64,000 bases of DNA from Girardia tigrina (GCA_001938485.1 MQRK01233142.1:4321-68320), one strand, 5' to 3'. Positions 27,225 through 40,472 are shown, counted from the first letter of the stretch. Numbers and translations are program-made. The notes: generated by a model from the letters alone, not told the origin.

Positions 27225-27750
27225 AATGGAGTTCAAAGTAGGTCAAGAAAAAATTGCAAGGAAATATATTCATCAGAGAAAGATTATGTTGGAATCTATG
27301 AAAAATCTTTCATGTAAATTATTTTTCTCGAGACCAAACCATATCTGCTGATAAGTATAGTTTTCAGAAGTCGCTGGAAATCAGAGCTTCATTGGTAAAA
27401 AACAGAAATTTTGCTGCTCCACGATTACATCAAATCATATTTTTTCAAAAAAGCCTGTGATAAGTTGATAAAATTGGCTGAGAGATTCTGTAAAATCCAC
27501 TGTATATCTTAAACATCCAAAAGGATACAATAAATTTCGTCATTATCGAATTTCTTAGCTAAACAATACTTTACAAATGATGATGATGCCAAAATAGAAT
27601 TTGATTGCATTTTTGCTTCCCAAACCTCAGGTTATGAATTCGCTTTTTAACTAACGGTAGAAGGTGCTTAGAGAGAACGGTGGTTATTTTATAGATTATA
27701 CAGGTTTTTGAAACTGGGTGTTAAAAACGCTAATTACATTCCTTGTACCT
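27225..27750 (+). mobile_element. Highly degenerate mariner relic
   Basis: MEFKVGQEKIARK-like start; C-terminal NFLAKQYFTNDDDAKIEFDCIFASQ...KVLRENGGYF. Confidence 0.55.
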
Positions 27751-28287
27751 AAAATTTTAAATGTTTTACAATAATCACTGCTGCTTTTGAATGCTTTTAG
27801 TATTTGCTTCTAATGAAAATAAATGGCTTAAAATATGAAACAAGTTGTAGTAATATAAAGACAAAAAGTTGTCACATCTTGGCTTTGTCGATAACAAATA
27901 TCTTAAAATCCATATGTCAAAAATGTTCAAGTAATATCAAGTCAATATTTGAAATAAGACCTTCACAATGGCAACTTGGATCCACAAAACGGTGACACTG
28001 ATGATCACATCGATACACTCTTACAAACGACAAAGTTAAAATATAACATATAATGCCGTTAAATTTTCAAAACCAAAATTTTTTTTTAATAACCATTTGA
28101 AGTGGAATGAATCACTAAAAATTGTGCAAATGATTATTTTATATTTCACTTCCAAAAAAAAAATAAACACAAAAATGTCAATAAATATATTATTAAACAA
28201 TACAAAATAATGAGATATCCAAATATCTAAAGTAAAATGATATGGTTATATTTATATATTTATATATATTCTCTCAAATGAAAAATA

Positions 28288-28626
28288 TCATCTTTTTAAA
28301 ACCGGGATTCGAGACATTCGTCGTTCTTTTTTTTGGTTTGGTTTTATATCGGCATTATCGACGGTTTTCGATAATGTTTCAATGTTAGTTAAAGTAGACG
28401 ATTTTATATCACCGGTTTGGTTATATTGCTGATTGAGACTGTCTGAAGACTTGTTTTCTTTATTTTCTGAATTTTTAAAAATGTCATCTTCCATCGGAGT
28501 ATATGACGACTGTACATCGGTTGAAGATTTATTTTCTGATGCATTTTGATAACTGATAGAGACAATTGCTGTTGTATTATCTATAGAATCATAAGTCGGT
28601 ATCATACTGCGGCGTCTATCACAAAC
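28288..28626 (-). CDS. GAS2L: GAS2-like terminal exon with SxIP EB-binding motifs (RRRSMIPT ... [11 protein letters not shown])
   Basis: Acceptor tctcag|GTT in frame with ORF 28288..28605; S/T-rich tail with SxIP motifs in a basic context, as in GAS2-like proteins. Confidence 0.8.
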   Translation of the reverse strand, partial: VCDRRRSMIPTYDSIDNTTAIVSISYQNASENKSSTDVQSSYTPMEDDIFKNSENKENKSSDSLNQQYNQTGDIKSSTLTNIETLSKTVDNADIKPNQKKERRMSRIPVLKR

Positions 28627-31600
28627 CTGAGATTTGATAAATAAGAAAAAACTTCATGTCTACATTTAGCAAACCTTCTGTTTTCTGAGACAGATGATAG
28701 GTTCTTCATTTGTTGTTTCCTTTATAGTGATAGTTTGACATGAATTTTTCAGATCAGCGTGACAAGAACTACTGGATTTTAAAGGCTTATTCAACGGAAG
28801 AGCTAGAGTTCGGAGAAATCCGGAATCTAAAAACATATAAATATATATTTGAATAATTTCATTTGAATCGTAGATTATATAAATACAAATTATTTCTAAT
28901 ACAATATCACACTAGAATGGCCCATAATTTTTTTATCGTTTTAAGTATTTCTTAATTTATTTAAATGTAAATGATAATAATTAGTTCTTGTTAATTTTTA
29001 ATGTACAGTATTTTGTGTTTGCATTAAATAATTGTTATATAATGAATGGTTGTACTTATAACTATATTTTTATAATTTTAAAAATGGGTTATGAAGAATT
29101 ATAATTTAAGGGGCGTTGCTCGATTACTGAAAGAAAAGATATAAAGCAGCAATTACAGCTCGAGAAATATGTGAAGTCGAAGATGGGGAAGAATTCAGTG
29201 AAAGTATAATACATGATTTGTTCGTCGAATTTCACAATCGGAACACCAGTCTAAATGATCCATGACAAAATGTTTCAACAAATAAAGATGAATTGCCTGA
29301 AACTGTTGAAGCGATTCCATCAATTATTACTAGCTGCAGATCAACGTAGCTGGGTTTTACAAAGACGAGTTGTATGTTAAAATCAACAGATTCTGTTTAG
29401 AGTTTAATCTTGAATATTCAAAACTGCTTGTTGATCACTGTATATAGTTGCTTGTTACTTTTTTTGAAGCCAATTGGGATGTGTACCGAAAAGTGGATAT
29501 TTTAACATAATTCCTGTATGAAAAAAATACTTTATAGATCCTGGTCAACAACCCACAAAATCTAATTGTGGCCCAACTCCCCTTGTAGCCTAGAACTTGT
29601 TCCACCAAATTTCTATTTCTTATAATCAATGGCTAGTTTTTGACGGAGTAAAATTGTTTTTGGATTGGTGATCACATTGAAATTCAATGTAGATACTTCT
29701 TCACTTCAGTGGATCAATTAATGGATATAGTCTTGGAATACAACAGATTGCAGAGAGGTGGATAAAAACAATTGATCATGATGGATAAAACTTGATAAAA
29801 ATTTGCTTGAATTTCAACTTGATTAGCTTATTTGAACATTTGCCATTATTTCATTTTGTAAATGAAATATCTATTGATATTAGTATTCCGCATTATGTGT
29901 ATTAAAAAGGAAACAAAATATGGTGACACCATATCATCAACTTCATGTTTACATACATTAAAACCGTAAATATACTGTACCTGAATCAAATCGAATGGAA
30001 GTGCCCTAGAAATTAATTGTGACCAAAAATAGCCACAATATATTTTATGAAGATTGTCATGACATCCATATATGTAACCTGAAAGGGCCCAAGAACGAAA
30101 CGATAAATCCTTTAATCATAGTTCTATGATATTTAAATTCACAAAAATTGTAGTACAAACAGTCCAGTCAGTTTTAATATAGTAATTTCTAAAAGGATAA
30201 TTTTTGTTCTTGTTATATCAAAAAACTGTTTATTTTAAATATCTATTCGAAGTAAAATTAATCATTAATAAAAAATGATTATGAAAATTCAGAATATTTT
30301 TGGAATGAAAATAACATTTGCATATTAAGATTCATTAGAAATGCTGTTACAATTGTGAATAATAAAATTCAGTTAATGAAAAACAAAAATCCATAATCAT
30401 CCATCATTCGTCAAGCGACACTCATTGATCGATCATCCGTCAATAATAATTCAAATAGATGCTTTGTTTAATTGATGTCTTTGTCATTAAACAACGCACG
30501 ATTATCGCTAATGGTCGGCAAATGACAGTCGTAAAATGCTATGAATAGACTATTAAATAAACGTATTTTTCGGATTTTATTTCAGGGGTCTCTATTAAAA
30601 TTTTAACAGATAACTTAGTGCTCAGATGAATCGTTTTTATATAATTAAACTAAATTAAATTACATCTGTTTAGCGGAATTTAGTCACATTTTTACCAGAC
30701 TATTTTTTAAAACTTTCACAGACACTATTTGCAATTGCAGTTATTAGGAACATTAATTAGGTTTTCTTTACATTTATTAATATCACAATTTGAATTGTCA
30801 CTAGAACAATTTTCCGTAAAACTTGCGTAGCTACATTGATAATCTTTAATAATATTCTTTAACGTCTTATTATTCAAACAAATTTAAATTTTAATTTAAT
30901 TATTACAAAAATAATTTATACTTTAATTTTGAAATAATTTTTATTTATTTTATGAAAATACTATTTATGCAATATTAGTTTAATTTTCAAGTGATTATTT
31001 AAATTTTAATATTTGATTAAACCACCCGACATTTTAAAATATTTAAAATATCAATCTTCCATCTGGGTGGGAGAAACACAATCCTAAAACAACATACCAA
31101 ACAACACACAATAAACACCATTCAAAAATATTCCTCACAGCAGTCATTTTCGTATTTTTCTGTGTAAGCATACATATAAGATTTGGTTATTATCATCGTG
31201 TCTGTAAATGCAAGCATATTTACTATTAATGTATAATCCTACTATATCGATGTACCCAGAAATCACAGAACCCCTCTTTAACTAATGGTACCAATGTAAT
31301 TTTTCGGTTTTATTATAGATATAAATCGCGAAAGTGATAATTTAATATTTGAAAATTTTTAGTTACCATTTCTTTCTTTTCGACAATGATCGTGTTTTCT
31401 CAGGAAATCGTTTAATGTGTCCCAACCACCCCCGACGCGAACCATAACGTGATTTCGTAAAATCTAAATATGAATATAATAAAGGAAACGTATTTGAAAT
31501 TATAATCAACTAACCCGAACAAATATGAGGATTTTCTTATCTCCCCACTGATACCTTCCTTCACTTATTCTTTTCATGGGAAATGTTTCTTCACACTGAC

Positions 31601-34600
31601 ATTCACTTAGTATTTCTCTGACCTATAATCAATAAATTCAATCAATTTTAAATTACATTTTTGAAAAACATAATATCTGAATATAGCGTCTGTTAAAATC
31701 GTTACTGATAGTAATGTATTTGTCAATCGTTTCTTTAACATTTTACTAATTTTTTTAAGTAATAAACAAATGTTATAAACAATTAAATATTTTGTGTCAA
31801 AATTCGTCTCTTTTTCTGATGGAAACGAGATTGTGAAATTATAAAAAATATGATTTTAAATATTAAAATTTGAAAGTTTAATTTTAAATTAAACAATTTA
31901 AATACAGGGTACTCAGTAGAAAATCAAGGGATTTTATCATGGGTTTAATTAAATACTCTTTGGTTACATAAAATCCTTTGGTTTTCTACTAGGCACCCTT
32001 GTCGATTAGAACAAGAAATAAAACAAGATGATTTCTTTTACTTTCATAACCTGGAATGGAATTTGTTCTTCTTAAAACCATTTATTCTATTCAATATTGT
32101 AATCAAAGTGATATTTATACCTTTAAAATTTAGTTTTTTGAGTTACATTAATCAATTAGCATTCATTGATGTCACATTAATGAAAAAATTATTATTGATT
32201 CTGTTTAACGTTGTTCATTGTGGATATTAATTTACTCTTTACAGTGTCTAATCAATACAACCACTCATAATGACAGTCAATTGTTGATGTTTTGAAAAAA
32301 TCGCTTTGTTTCTGTTCAATGGGGATTGCTTTATCCAAAAAAGACAAGGTTGTGATAGGTTTCGGTTTACTCTAACACTCATTTAAATTTTCATATAGTT
32401 TATTGAAAGGCATATCGACGAATATACCGTAGAATAGTCATCTGTATATAAAAATATGTTTAAAAAATAATAACAATCTTCCATTCTTTGATGTACTTTA
32501 ACAAGAATAAATGGAAGATATGAAACAAGATGTTGAAAAATTCTGTACACAATATCAAACAGTTACTGCTAAGAGAAATACAAATATGGTATGTTCAAAA
32601 ATGATTCTTCACAGAATTTAGATTCTTTTCTATTTATTATAAATACGCATGTGATGGTGAAATTATTCTCAGAAAATGGCTCAATAATAGAAACAGCGCT
32701 AAAAAGATAAGGTGATGCGAGCGTTCTAAAAGCAGAAAAGTTCCGTTTTTCGAATGATTTAGAAATTTCACAATTTGGATTTATAAAACGATTGACAATA
32801 TTAAAGTAGTTTCATAAATTTCCTTACAGTAAAATTTAGAACTGTCTGTAAAATGAAAGGTAACCTTGTCTATAGTTTTAGATCTCAATGATATCAAAGG
32901 TCGGACATTTGAGGGACTAATTATCATCTCAATACACGGAATATTTAACATTCGCAGATGAGTTGATCGAATAATGTTTTTGATCATTCAATTGCAGGAA
33001 GGATAAAAGATGATACATTTCAAAATATGATTTTTCTAATCTTCAAACTAATTTTGATTCGCATTATGCGTGGTTGTATTGTGAATCATGGTTAACCTGA
33101 TACTACCAATTGATGAATATCCAAAATGGGAAAGATATGACTGCACCATTTTTAAATACTTTCAATTTAATTAAGTTAGAATATAATAAAATTAAATTAA
33201 AAATTAATTAATTACATTTTAATATAAAATATACATATTTTAATATAAAAGATACATATTTTTCTTTGGAATTTGTTTGCAAACTTTAAATATCAATTTA
33301 CTGTCCACGATTTTGGAAAATATTTCCATGGGAAAGCTCAATATCATTAGATGTACCTGCAATATTCATTTCTAAACATTGTTGGAAGAAACTTTCTGGA
33401 AATACTAAAGACACTAATACTAATAAAAATTGAAGTTCTATTCATATATGACGTAAATTTCAATTTTCAGACAATTGATACTCTCATCTTACATGTTTTT
33501 TCACCTTGTTTATCACGTAGTTGATACTAATTTTGTGATACAGCGCTACTGTTATTTCAAACCTTTTATATTAACATTGTTTTAAAGTACAATATAAAAC
33601 AGAGTGACGTAACAATGATAAAGATGTTTATATATCATCATAAAATCTTACAAAGTGCATCACCATTTATATCTTCATGATCATCGGATGATTTAGAACG
33701 CATTGATGTTTAAGAAAGAAGGTCATAAGAAGGTCCACAAGGAAAATTTTATTAAAATAATTTAATTTTTTAAAGTTAATTTTTTAAAATTTATTTCGCA
33801 ATAAACATTTTTAAGTCTGAAAAAGTGCAATCAGTAAACTTTGATCTACACTATTAACGTAGTTTTAATTTCATTTTTATTCTACATGAAAGTTATATAG
33901 AAGTATCATATAGAATCTATAACCTTTCATAACAGGGTTGCAAGTTCAACAATTCATATTCCTCACAAGGTATATGTAAGTTAAATTACTTTACAAAGAA
34001 AACAAAATCAGAGAAAAATATTTTAAATTAAAGTTAATGGTTCAAAATGTTAATAAATGATTTTATTTCAGTGATAATTACGCAATAAATGTCTATTAAT
34101 GTTATTTAAATTGAAAATAATTACACAAAATATAGCAATTAGAAAAAATCTTACTCTTTCATCAAGCGATCTCATATCGCAAACCTCGCGATATTTTCGG
34201 CTTTTCACATTGTTCGTTTGGTCAAAACAATCGTAAATTTTAACTCGTCCTACCGGACGAAACGGTTTAAATTTCGGAATTACGTATTGAGATCCATTTG
34301 ATATTATAGATTCGTTATCTGAATTATCGACCTTATGAGTGATATGATCCCATTTATTAAAGAACGGATTATGACCAGAAGATTCAAGAACATTGGATTT
34401 GTTATCATCAAGACCATTTTCAACATGTGAACCATTAAATAACTCTTCTTGAGATTCAATACTACTTGTATTAAGTGTATTTTTTCTTGAAGTTGTGGGT
34501 TTTCTGAGTTTTGATGTGAAGTTATTGTTATTATTGATGTTTTCAAGACAATTCAATTGAACTGTTTCCTCTTTTGGAAAAGAATTATGATTAGAAACAC

Positions 34601-35276
34601 CCGACTCTTCTATCTTATGGTCATAAGTTTCATCACTAATCTCTTTCTCAATTTCTTCTTCCAACTGAATAATATCAGGCACTTCCATCCCAAACAATCG
34701 ACCAATTCTTGCAACCTCCAATAAACATACAACGACATTTCTCGGATTCTTTAAAGCTATTAAATCTTCCGTTTCAAAAGTCAAACTGGCTGGAATATTA
34801 AAATTTCGACACCATTGAATAAAATTTGATATATTATCCCGTTTATGAAATTTATTAATCTTTCTCGTGAAATCGACATTAACATATGTTGGAGGAGCGT
34901 TGGGAACTTTCATGATCTTATTCCCAATCTTTAATGGTAAATTACGAGTGTTGTTTTGAGTATTACGGAGATATTCTTCCGCTAAAGTCTGAACGGTTTT
35001 GGCGTGTTTATTGAGTATAACTCCATTCTCAATTTGTTGAAAGAACGTAGATGTTGTCATTTTGTTTTCATTTTCTATGTTGTAAAGAAAATTAAACCAA
35101 TCACACAAATCTTCCACCATTGCTTCGACATATTCATCTTTTCTGAACGTCGTAAACAGCCTCCAATCGGACGCTGTAACTTTTTCTTTGGATTCAACTT
35201 GCGATTTGCTTCCTTCAATCATAGAAAATCGGCGCGTTTTAACTGAATTATCAATATTAAAATTTGAAGAATTCAT
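28288..35276 (-). CDS. GAS2L: GAS2-like (G2L/Pigs-type) actin-microtubule cross-linking protein, spliced CDS join(35276..34155,31622..31515,31463..31367,28826..28675,28626..28288), about 605 aa
   Basis: CH-domain motifs ([43 protein letters not shown]) and a GAR domain ([31 protein letters not shown]...[28 protein letters not shown]). All four introns are GT-AG with compatible phases 0,0,1,0. Exon lengths 1122+108+97+152+339=1818 nt. C-terminal SMIP and SRIP motifs. Confidence 0.92.
28675..28826 (-). CDS. GAS2L: GAS2-like coding exon 4 (post-GAR tail)
   Basis: Acceptor tttttag|AT; open in phase 1, matching the upstream donor; donor AAG|gtttgc followed by a 48-nt intron. Confidence 0.75.
29080..29800 (+). 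mobile_element. Degenerate mariner relic within a GAS2L intron, related to the 3501-4782 family
   Basis: Fragments [33 protein letters not shown] and [20 protein letters not shown]. Confidence 0.7.
30741..31139. repeat. Dispersed repeat ending in TTCCTCACA, in a GAS2L intron
   Basis: Homologous to 512-941. Confidence 0.8.
31367..31463 (-). CDS. GAS2L: GAS2-like coding exon 3 (GAR domain, [32 protein letters not shown])
   Basis: Follows a 51-nt GT-AG intron; carries the [15 protein letters not shown] signature; donor G|gtaact. Confidence 0.93.
31515..31622 (-). CDS. GAS2L: GAS2-like coding exon 2 (GAR domain, [36 protein letters not shown])
   Basis: Acceptor ttatag|GTC, donor CGG|gttagt; 108 nt; canonical GAR sequence. 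Confidence 0.92.
31905..32001. mobile_element. 97-bp hairpin MITE (Tc1/mariner-type CAGGGT end)
   Basis: cagggtactcagtagaaaatcaagggattttat pairs with ataaaatcctttggttttctactaggcacccttg; TA on the left. Confidence 0.7.
32460..33150 (+). mobile_element. Second Penelope-like relic, in a GAS2L intron
   Basis: NNLPFFDVL (RT-type motif), [20 protein letters not shown] and MNIQNG; homologous to 9480-10200. Confidence 0.6.
34155..35276 (-). CDS. GAS2L: GAS2-like coding exon 1 (CH domain, N/S-rich linker, start of GAR domain)
   Basis: ORF 34068..35285; first ATG at 35276; donor GAAAGA|GTAAGA at 34154. Confidence 0.93.
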
Positions 35277-35668
35277 CTTTTTCAAAGGAAATGTATTGTC
35301 ATAATTGACTGAAATAAAAAACTGAAAATATTGATTATAATAAGTAAGGTCAAAACAATTAAAAGTTGACTTTCAAATGACTCATTTACAACACCAACAA
35401 TTATAAAACCATCAACTAAAGTATTTTCATTTAATTTTAGATTTTTAAAAAAAATTTTTAAATTCAAATTTAAAAATTCAAATTTGAATTTAACGAAAAA
35501 ATTGAAATTACAAAAAATATAACAAACCTTTAAAAAGTTAATATTACAAAAGAATATGTTATAAGAACAAATTATTTTTTCATGGTACTTAAAATTTAAT
35601 TAATTTCTATTAAATATTTTTTAATAGGAAATATTTTTTTAAATTTTTTTAACAAAAACTAATCTCAC

Positions 35669-35820
35669 CGTTTTTTTAGTAATTTCTCATTAAAATATTG
35701 TTCTCATTTCCGACTGCACATAATTCAAAATGGATTAAAGAATCATTTAAGTGCATATCTTCAATGAATTCAGTATTTTTTTTACTAACAATAAATCACG
35801 ATTCACCAAAATCGGCGTGT
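35669..35820 (-). other. Putative 5'-UTR exon of GAS2-like gene, containing a short uORF
   Basis: Donor CG|gtgaga at 35668 and acceptor tttatttcag| at 35309, 33 nt upstream of the ATG. The upstream boundary is a guess. Confidence 0.4.
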
Positions 35821-36307
35821 GTATTGTTCTATAAATCTGTTTGTTTCGCGTTTCAATGACAAATTTTTTTTAGTAAAGTTTGTATTAAAATTATTAAAAA
35901 TAGAAAATTCTATCACATTATTCAATTTTATTTTGTTATTAAATAAGTTCAATCGAATTTTCGTTTCGATAATTTTTTCCTTATTTTACGAAACAAAAAT
36001 TACGGAAAATTTTTCTCTTTTAAAAATTTTAATTTAATATAAATTAAGAAACAAAATTTTCTTTAACAAAAAAAATATTATTGATTTTAGAAATTTTCAA
36101 ATTTATTTGTTAAAAAAATTTTCGATTGTTTAAATCCATTAAAATTATTATTCATAAACTGGTGTGAATTCAAATATTTTATAGAATATCATAACTAAGT
36201 CTAATTTGAGTTTTTATTTGAAATACATTATTAATTCGTCTCAAATCGTCGATTTAATTGATTTTTGCTATTGATAAATAATGATTTAACACTAAAATCC
36301 GAAAAAA

Positions 36308-37435
36308 ATGTCAAGAATTACACCGCACTGTGCGTGCAGAAATCCTTATCAAATCGGTGAGGATAATCTCAAATTTAATTCAAAACCGTATTCAATATTA
36401 CCAAATTGTACAAATAGATCTGAAAATCATAAACAATCAACAAAATACATGACAAATATCGATGCAAATCAAACAAACTTTTCGAAGAGTAAATATTTAT
36501 GTGCTAATCAAAATGAAAAAGAAATGAAAAACTACGAAAACATTGAATATTATACCAGTGGTTTATTTCGACCGCATTCATGTCCCGCCGATAAAAACAA
36601 TGATGGCGTAGTTAGTCCCCAAAGTCCGGTGGATTTCGGCCTGGAATCGACTTTGAAATATCCATTGAATTATTTCCAAAATAGTTTCAAATCTCAGCAC
36701 GAGAATTCAAAACTAAATGATAAATATCAGAGAAAATTCTCGAAAACCTGCCTGAAAACTGACCAGAAATATACAAATACCTTGAAATTAGAAGACGAAA
36801 CCGGACCGACTGATCGACATTATTTCGATTCGAAATATTTAGACTATAACGCCGGTTTGAGTTTTTATCTGAACAATTCCCATATTCCCTGTAATAATAC
36901 TGATGAGAAAAGAAAACGGTTCGATCATAATTTATATAACGAGGAAAATTTCCTAACGAATAGTATTAAAAAATCGTCGTGTGGATTGAAATATATAATT
37001 TTCCAAAAACTATCGATAATGACGCATTTTATTACCGGGTCAAAGAGTAAAAAACATTCAATAATAAGAAATCGTAACAATTTATCAGACGAAAATTTGT
37101 TTAGAAATAAGTCTTCACGAACGAAAAGATCGAAAAGTTATCATGCCATAGAAAATAATTATGATCATTCAACGTGTAATAAATGTAAATATAATTATAG
37201 TTCGAATTCGAATAAAAAATCATGTCGGAGAAAGATGTCAAAAGTGAGATCGAATGCTTCGAATAGTTCATCTGGATCAATTGATGCCCATGCGGGATCT
37301 CCTATAACGATTATGACAACGGTTTGCGGTAATATATTGTCGAATGGAAATAATCCGTTGGTGTCCAACACCATTTGTCATTCATCCAAAACAAGATGGA
37401 AAAACGAAGAGAAATCTGTTGAAAATACCCCTGAA
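36308..37435 (+). CDS. Large first coding exon of an uncharacterised N/K/S-rich protein
   Basis: 387-codon stop-free ORF in very AT-rich DNA; ATG in aaaaATG context; phase-0 donors at 37436 (GTAAAA) or 37442 (GTAAAG); no TE motifs. Confidence 0.75.
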
Positions 37436-37588
37436 GTAAAAGTAAAGGATAAAATTTTAATTATTTATTAAGCAATGTTAAATACGTATATAAATATAAT
37501 TTTAATTATAAGATTAATTTATTTGTTTTATTAAATATTATCATAGAACCAGCATCCCTATTATTAATTGAAATAATTGGCTTAATTA

Positions 37589-38792
37589 ATAGGTTGGTTG
37601 AAAAATAATGGCGGTTTTTGAGCTTTATACTTTGTTTATCTATTTTGATATATATAAGTTTAAATGCATTAGTGTTAGATATTATTTGAAATCTTATGCC
37701 TAGCTGTATATTCCTATAGCCATTATTAACATATTGCTGTTATTTTTAGAATATTTACGGGGCTAAATTAATAATGGAAAAAATTAAAATTCGAGCAGTT
37801 TTCTTGTACGAATTTAAACTGGGTCGTAAAGCAACAGAAACGGCTCGCAATATCAATAAAGCGTTTGGCAAGGGAACAGCTTCTGAGCGCACAGTGCAAC
37901 GATGGTTCCGAAAATTTTCTGATGGAGATGAAAACCTTGAAGATGAAGAAGGTCGTGGTCGTCCAGTTGTTGTGAACAACGACAATTTGAGGACAATGGT
38001 AGAAACAGATCCCCGTACAACAATCAGAAAACTTGCAGATGGTTTGGGCATTAGTTATTCAACAGTTCTGGATCATTTAAAACAACTTGGAAAAATCAAG
38101 AAACTTGATAAATGGGTTCCACATGATTTGAATGAAAATCAAAAGAACCGACGGTATGAAATTTATTCTGCCAATCATCTTCGCAATAAAACGATCCATT
38201 TCTTGATCGTATTGTTACCTGTGATGAGAAAGGGATCATGTATGATAACCGACGTCGATCTGTACAGTGGTTGGACAAAGATGAATTACCGAAACACTTT
38301 CCAAAACCGAAACTAACACCCCGTAAGATTATGGTGACAGTTTGGTGGTGTGATGCTGGAATCATCCACTATAGTTTCTTGAATCCAGGTGAAACAATCA
38401 CAGCGNNNNNNNNNNNNNNNNNNNNNNNNNNNNNNNNNNNNNNNNNNNNNNNNNNNNNNNNNNNNNNNNNNNNNNNNNNNNNNNNNNNNNNNNNNNNNNN
38501 NNNNNNNNNNNNNNNNNNNNNNNNNNNNNNNNNNNNNNNNNNNNNNNNNNNNNNNNNNNNNNNNNNNNNNNNNNNNNNNNNNNNNNNNNNNNNNNNNNNN
38601 NNNNNNNNNNNNNNNNNNNNNNNNNNNNNNNNNNNNATGCATTTTATGCTGATGGAATAAAACAACTTGTTTCTCGTTGGCAAAAATGTATTGATGCCAA
38701 CGGTTCATACTTTAATAAACTTTTGTTTCTGTGAATTTGCACGTCTTTGAAGTTTATGTCCAAAAACCGCCATTATTTTTCGACCAACCTAA
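37589..38792 (+). mobile_element. Mariner transposon, Hsmar1/cecropia-like, frameshifted transposase from 37774
   Basis: TIRs (t)taggttggt(t/c)gaaaaataatggcggttttt with TA TSD. Motifs IRAVFLYEFKLGRKA, KKLDKWVPHDL, IVTCDEK, PKHFPKP, HYSFLNPGETIT. Internal N gap. Confidence 0.95.
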
Positions 38793-40472
38793 TATTTGTG
38801 ACTAGTAGTCAAAAGTTTTTGAGGCAATAAACATTCTTAGCCCAGTAACGTTCGAACTTATTAAGGCGGTCATGAAAATAGAAAAATATGTATAATGATT
38901 TTATAGTATATTTTTAATAAAACCACCATTAAAAATGGCTCAATGTAATAATAAAACGACAAATATACTTATAGAACTTAAAATCTTGAAATTTTTATTT
39001 CAAGGAATTAAGTACTCAGAGCAATAGTCCAGTCAATGCGATTAAAATGATTTCTAAATATTTCAAGAGTTCTCATGTTGTTAACAATATTGTTTTTTTT
39101 ATTTTTCAAATCTTTGACTGTCAATATTGCTTGAATTGAAGTAACGGGGTACGCGTGTCCAGTTGATATTATTGCTGTGAATATAAGCATATGGGAATAC
39201 AAGCATTCCTTATAAAAATAAATCAATCTTAATTTCATATTTTTACTAAAAAATTATAATCGCAATAGTCCTACAAATTTAATAGGTTTGGTTAATTTAT
39301 CTCTACTTTAATTATAAATTTAAATTACAAGGGGGCATCAATTATCTGAAATGATTTTTTCGAGCAATTACTAAAACTCCAATTTAAAATGGATTTTCAT
39401 CAATCAAAATACTTATAAGTTTTATAATTAAAATTAAATAATATAAAAAGTAATTATTAATATTAAAAAATCATTACGCCATTTTCCAATGTTTATTTTT
39501 GGCTAATTATCCAATATAATTTCCCGATAAAATTAGCACTAATTTACCTGTGAAGTAAGTTCACAATGACTTAATAATGATAATGTTATAAAGTTATATT
39601 TGAAAATGTTTAACAAAGAAGATGAGTATGAGACTAGAATAATCATTTTTATCTTATTAATAATGTGCATATGCCAGTTTCTTAAAATTACAGAATTTGA
39701 AAATCACTTTCTTTTATTTTTTTCCCGCAATTTAGCTTATGTTTGCTTCCAAAATTCAATCGTTTATGCTCCTTGATCCGTTTAGAAGGGTGATGAAAGT
39801 CTTTCTAGGTAATTTTGGTGTTTACCTATTAAATGAGATTGGTTCTTAAACCAAAATGTGTGGGGATTTAATTATTAAACATCTCAAGAATTTTATAAAC
39901 CAATAACTTGTAAGATCAATCGATCCGAAAATTAATCTTCAAGCTTAACAATCAATTTCTTTATTTAGTATCTTAAAATTATATCTTAATATTAAACCTG
40001 CAAAATTAATGGTAAATTTTGCCTAAGGTGATCAGCCAAAATTAATTACATCAATAAAATTTGAAAAATGATGTTCAGAAATTTTTAATAATAGCATCAG
40101 TAAACTTTTGGTTTAATTAAAGTTAACAACTTTAATAAACAAAAATTTATTGCTCACTCCTTCAAAAGCAATAATTATTCAAAAATTTTGGGTATAAATC
40201 AGTAACTATTAGAACAAAGTTTTTTATATTATAATTTTACAACCACCATAAGGGCCTATAAAAGTTAGTGATTTTCTTCTGCACTGTTATTTTAGACTAT
40301 CTTGATCAGTTTCTCAGAACTTCATGAACACAAAAAATCCATAACCAAGATCTTTTAAAGAACTAATAAACTTAATAATTTCGTAAATCTTAAATTTATT
40401 TTTGAAACAAAAGTACAAAATCTATTGCGAATAGGGTAAGTTTTACTGTTAATATTTGCGGTATAAAGAGAA

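Noticed and set aside
34304-35246. Short overlapping or antisense ORFs within GAS2L exon 1
   Set aside because: Shadow frames of a genuine coding exon.
39008-39238. 76-aa minus-strand ORF
   Set aside because: No recognisable motif or connected exons; length compatible with chance.
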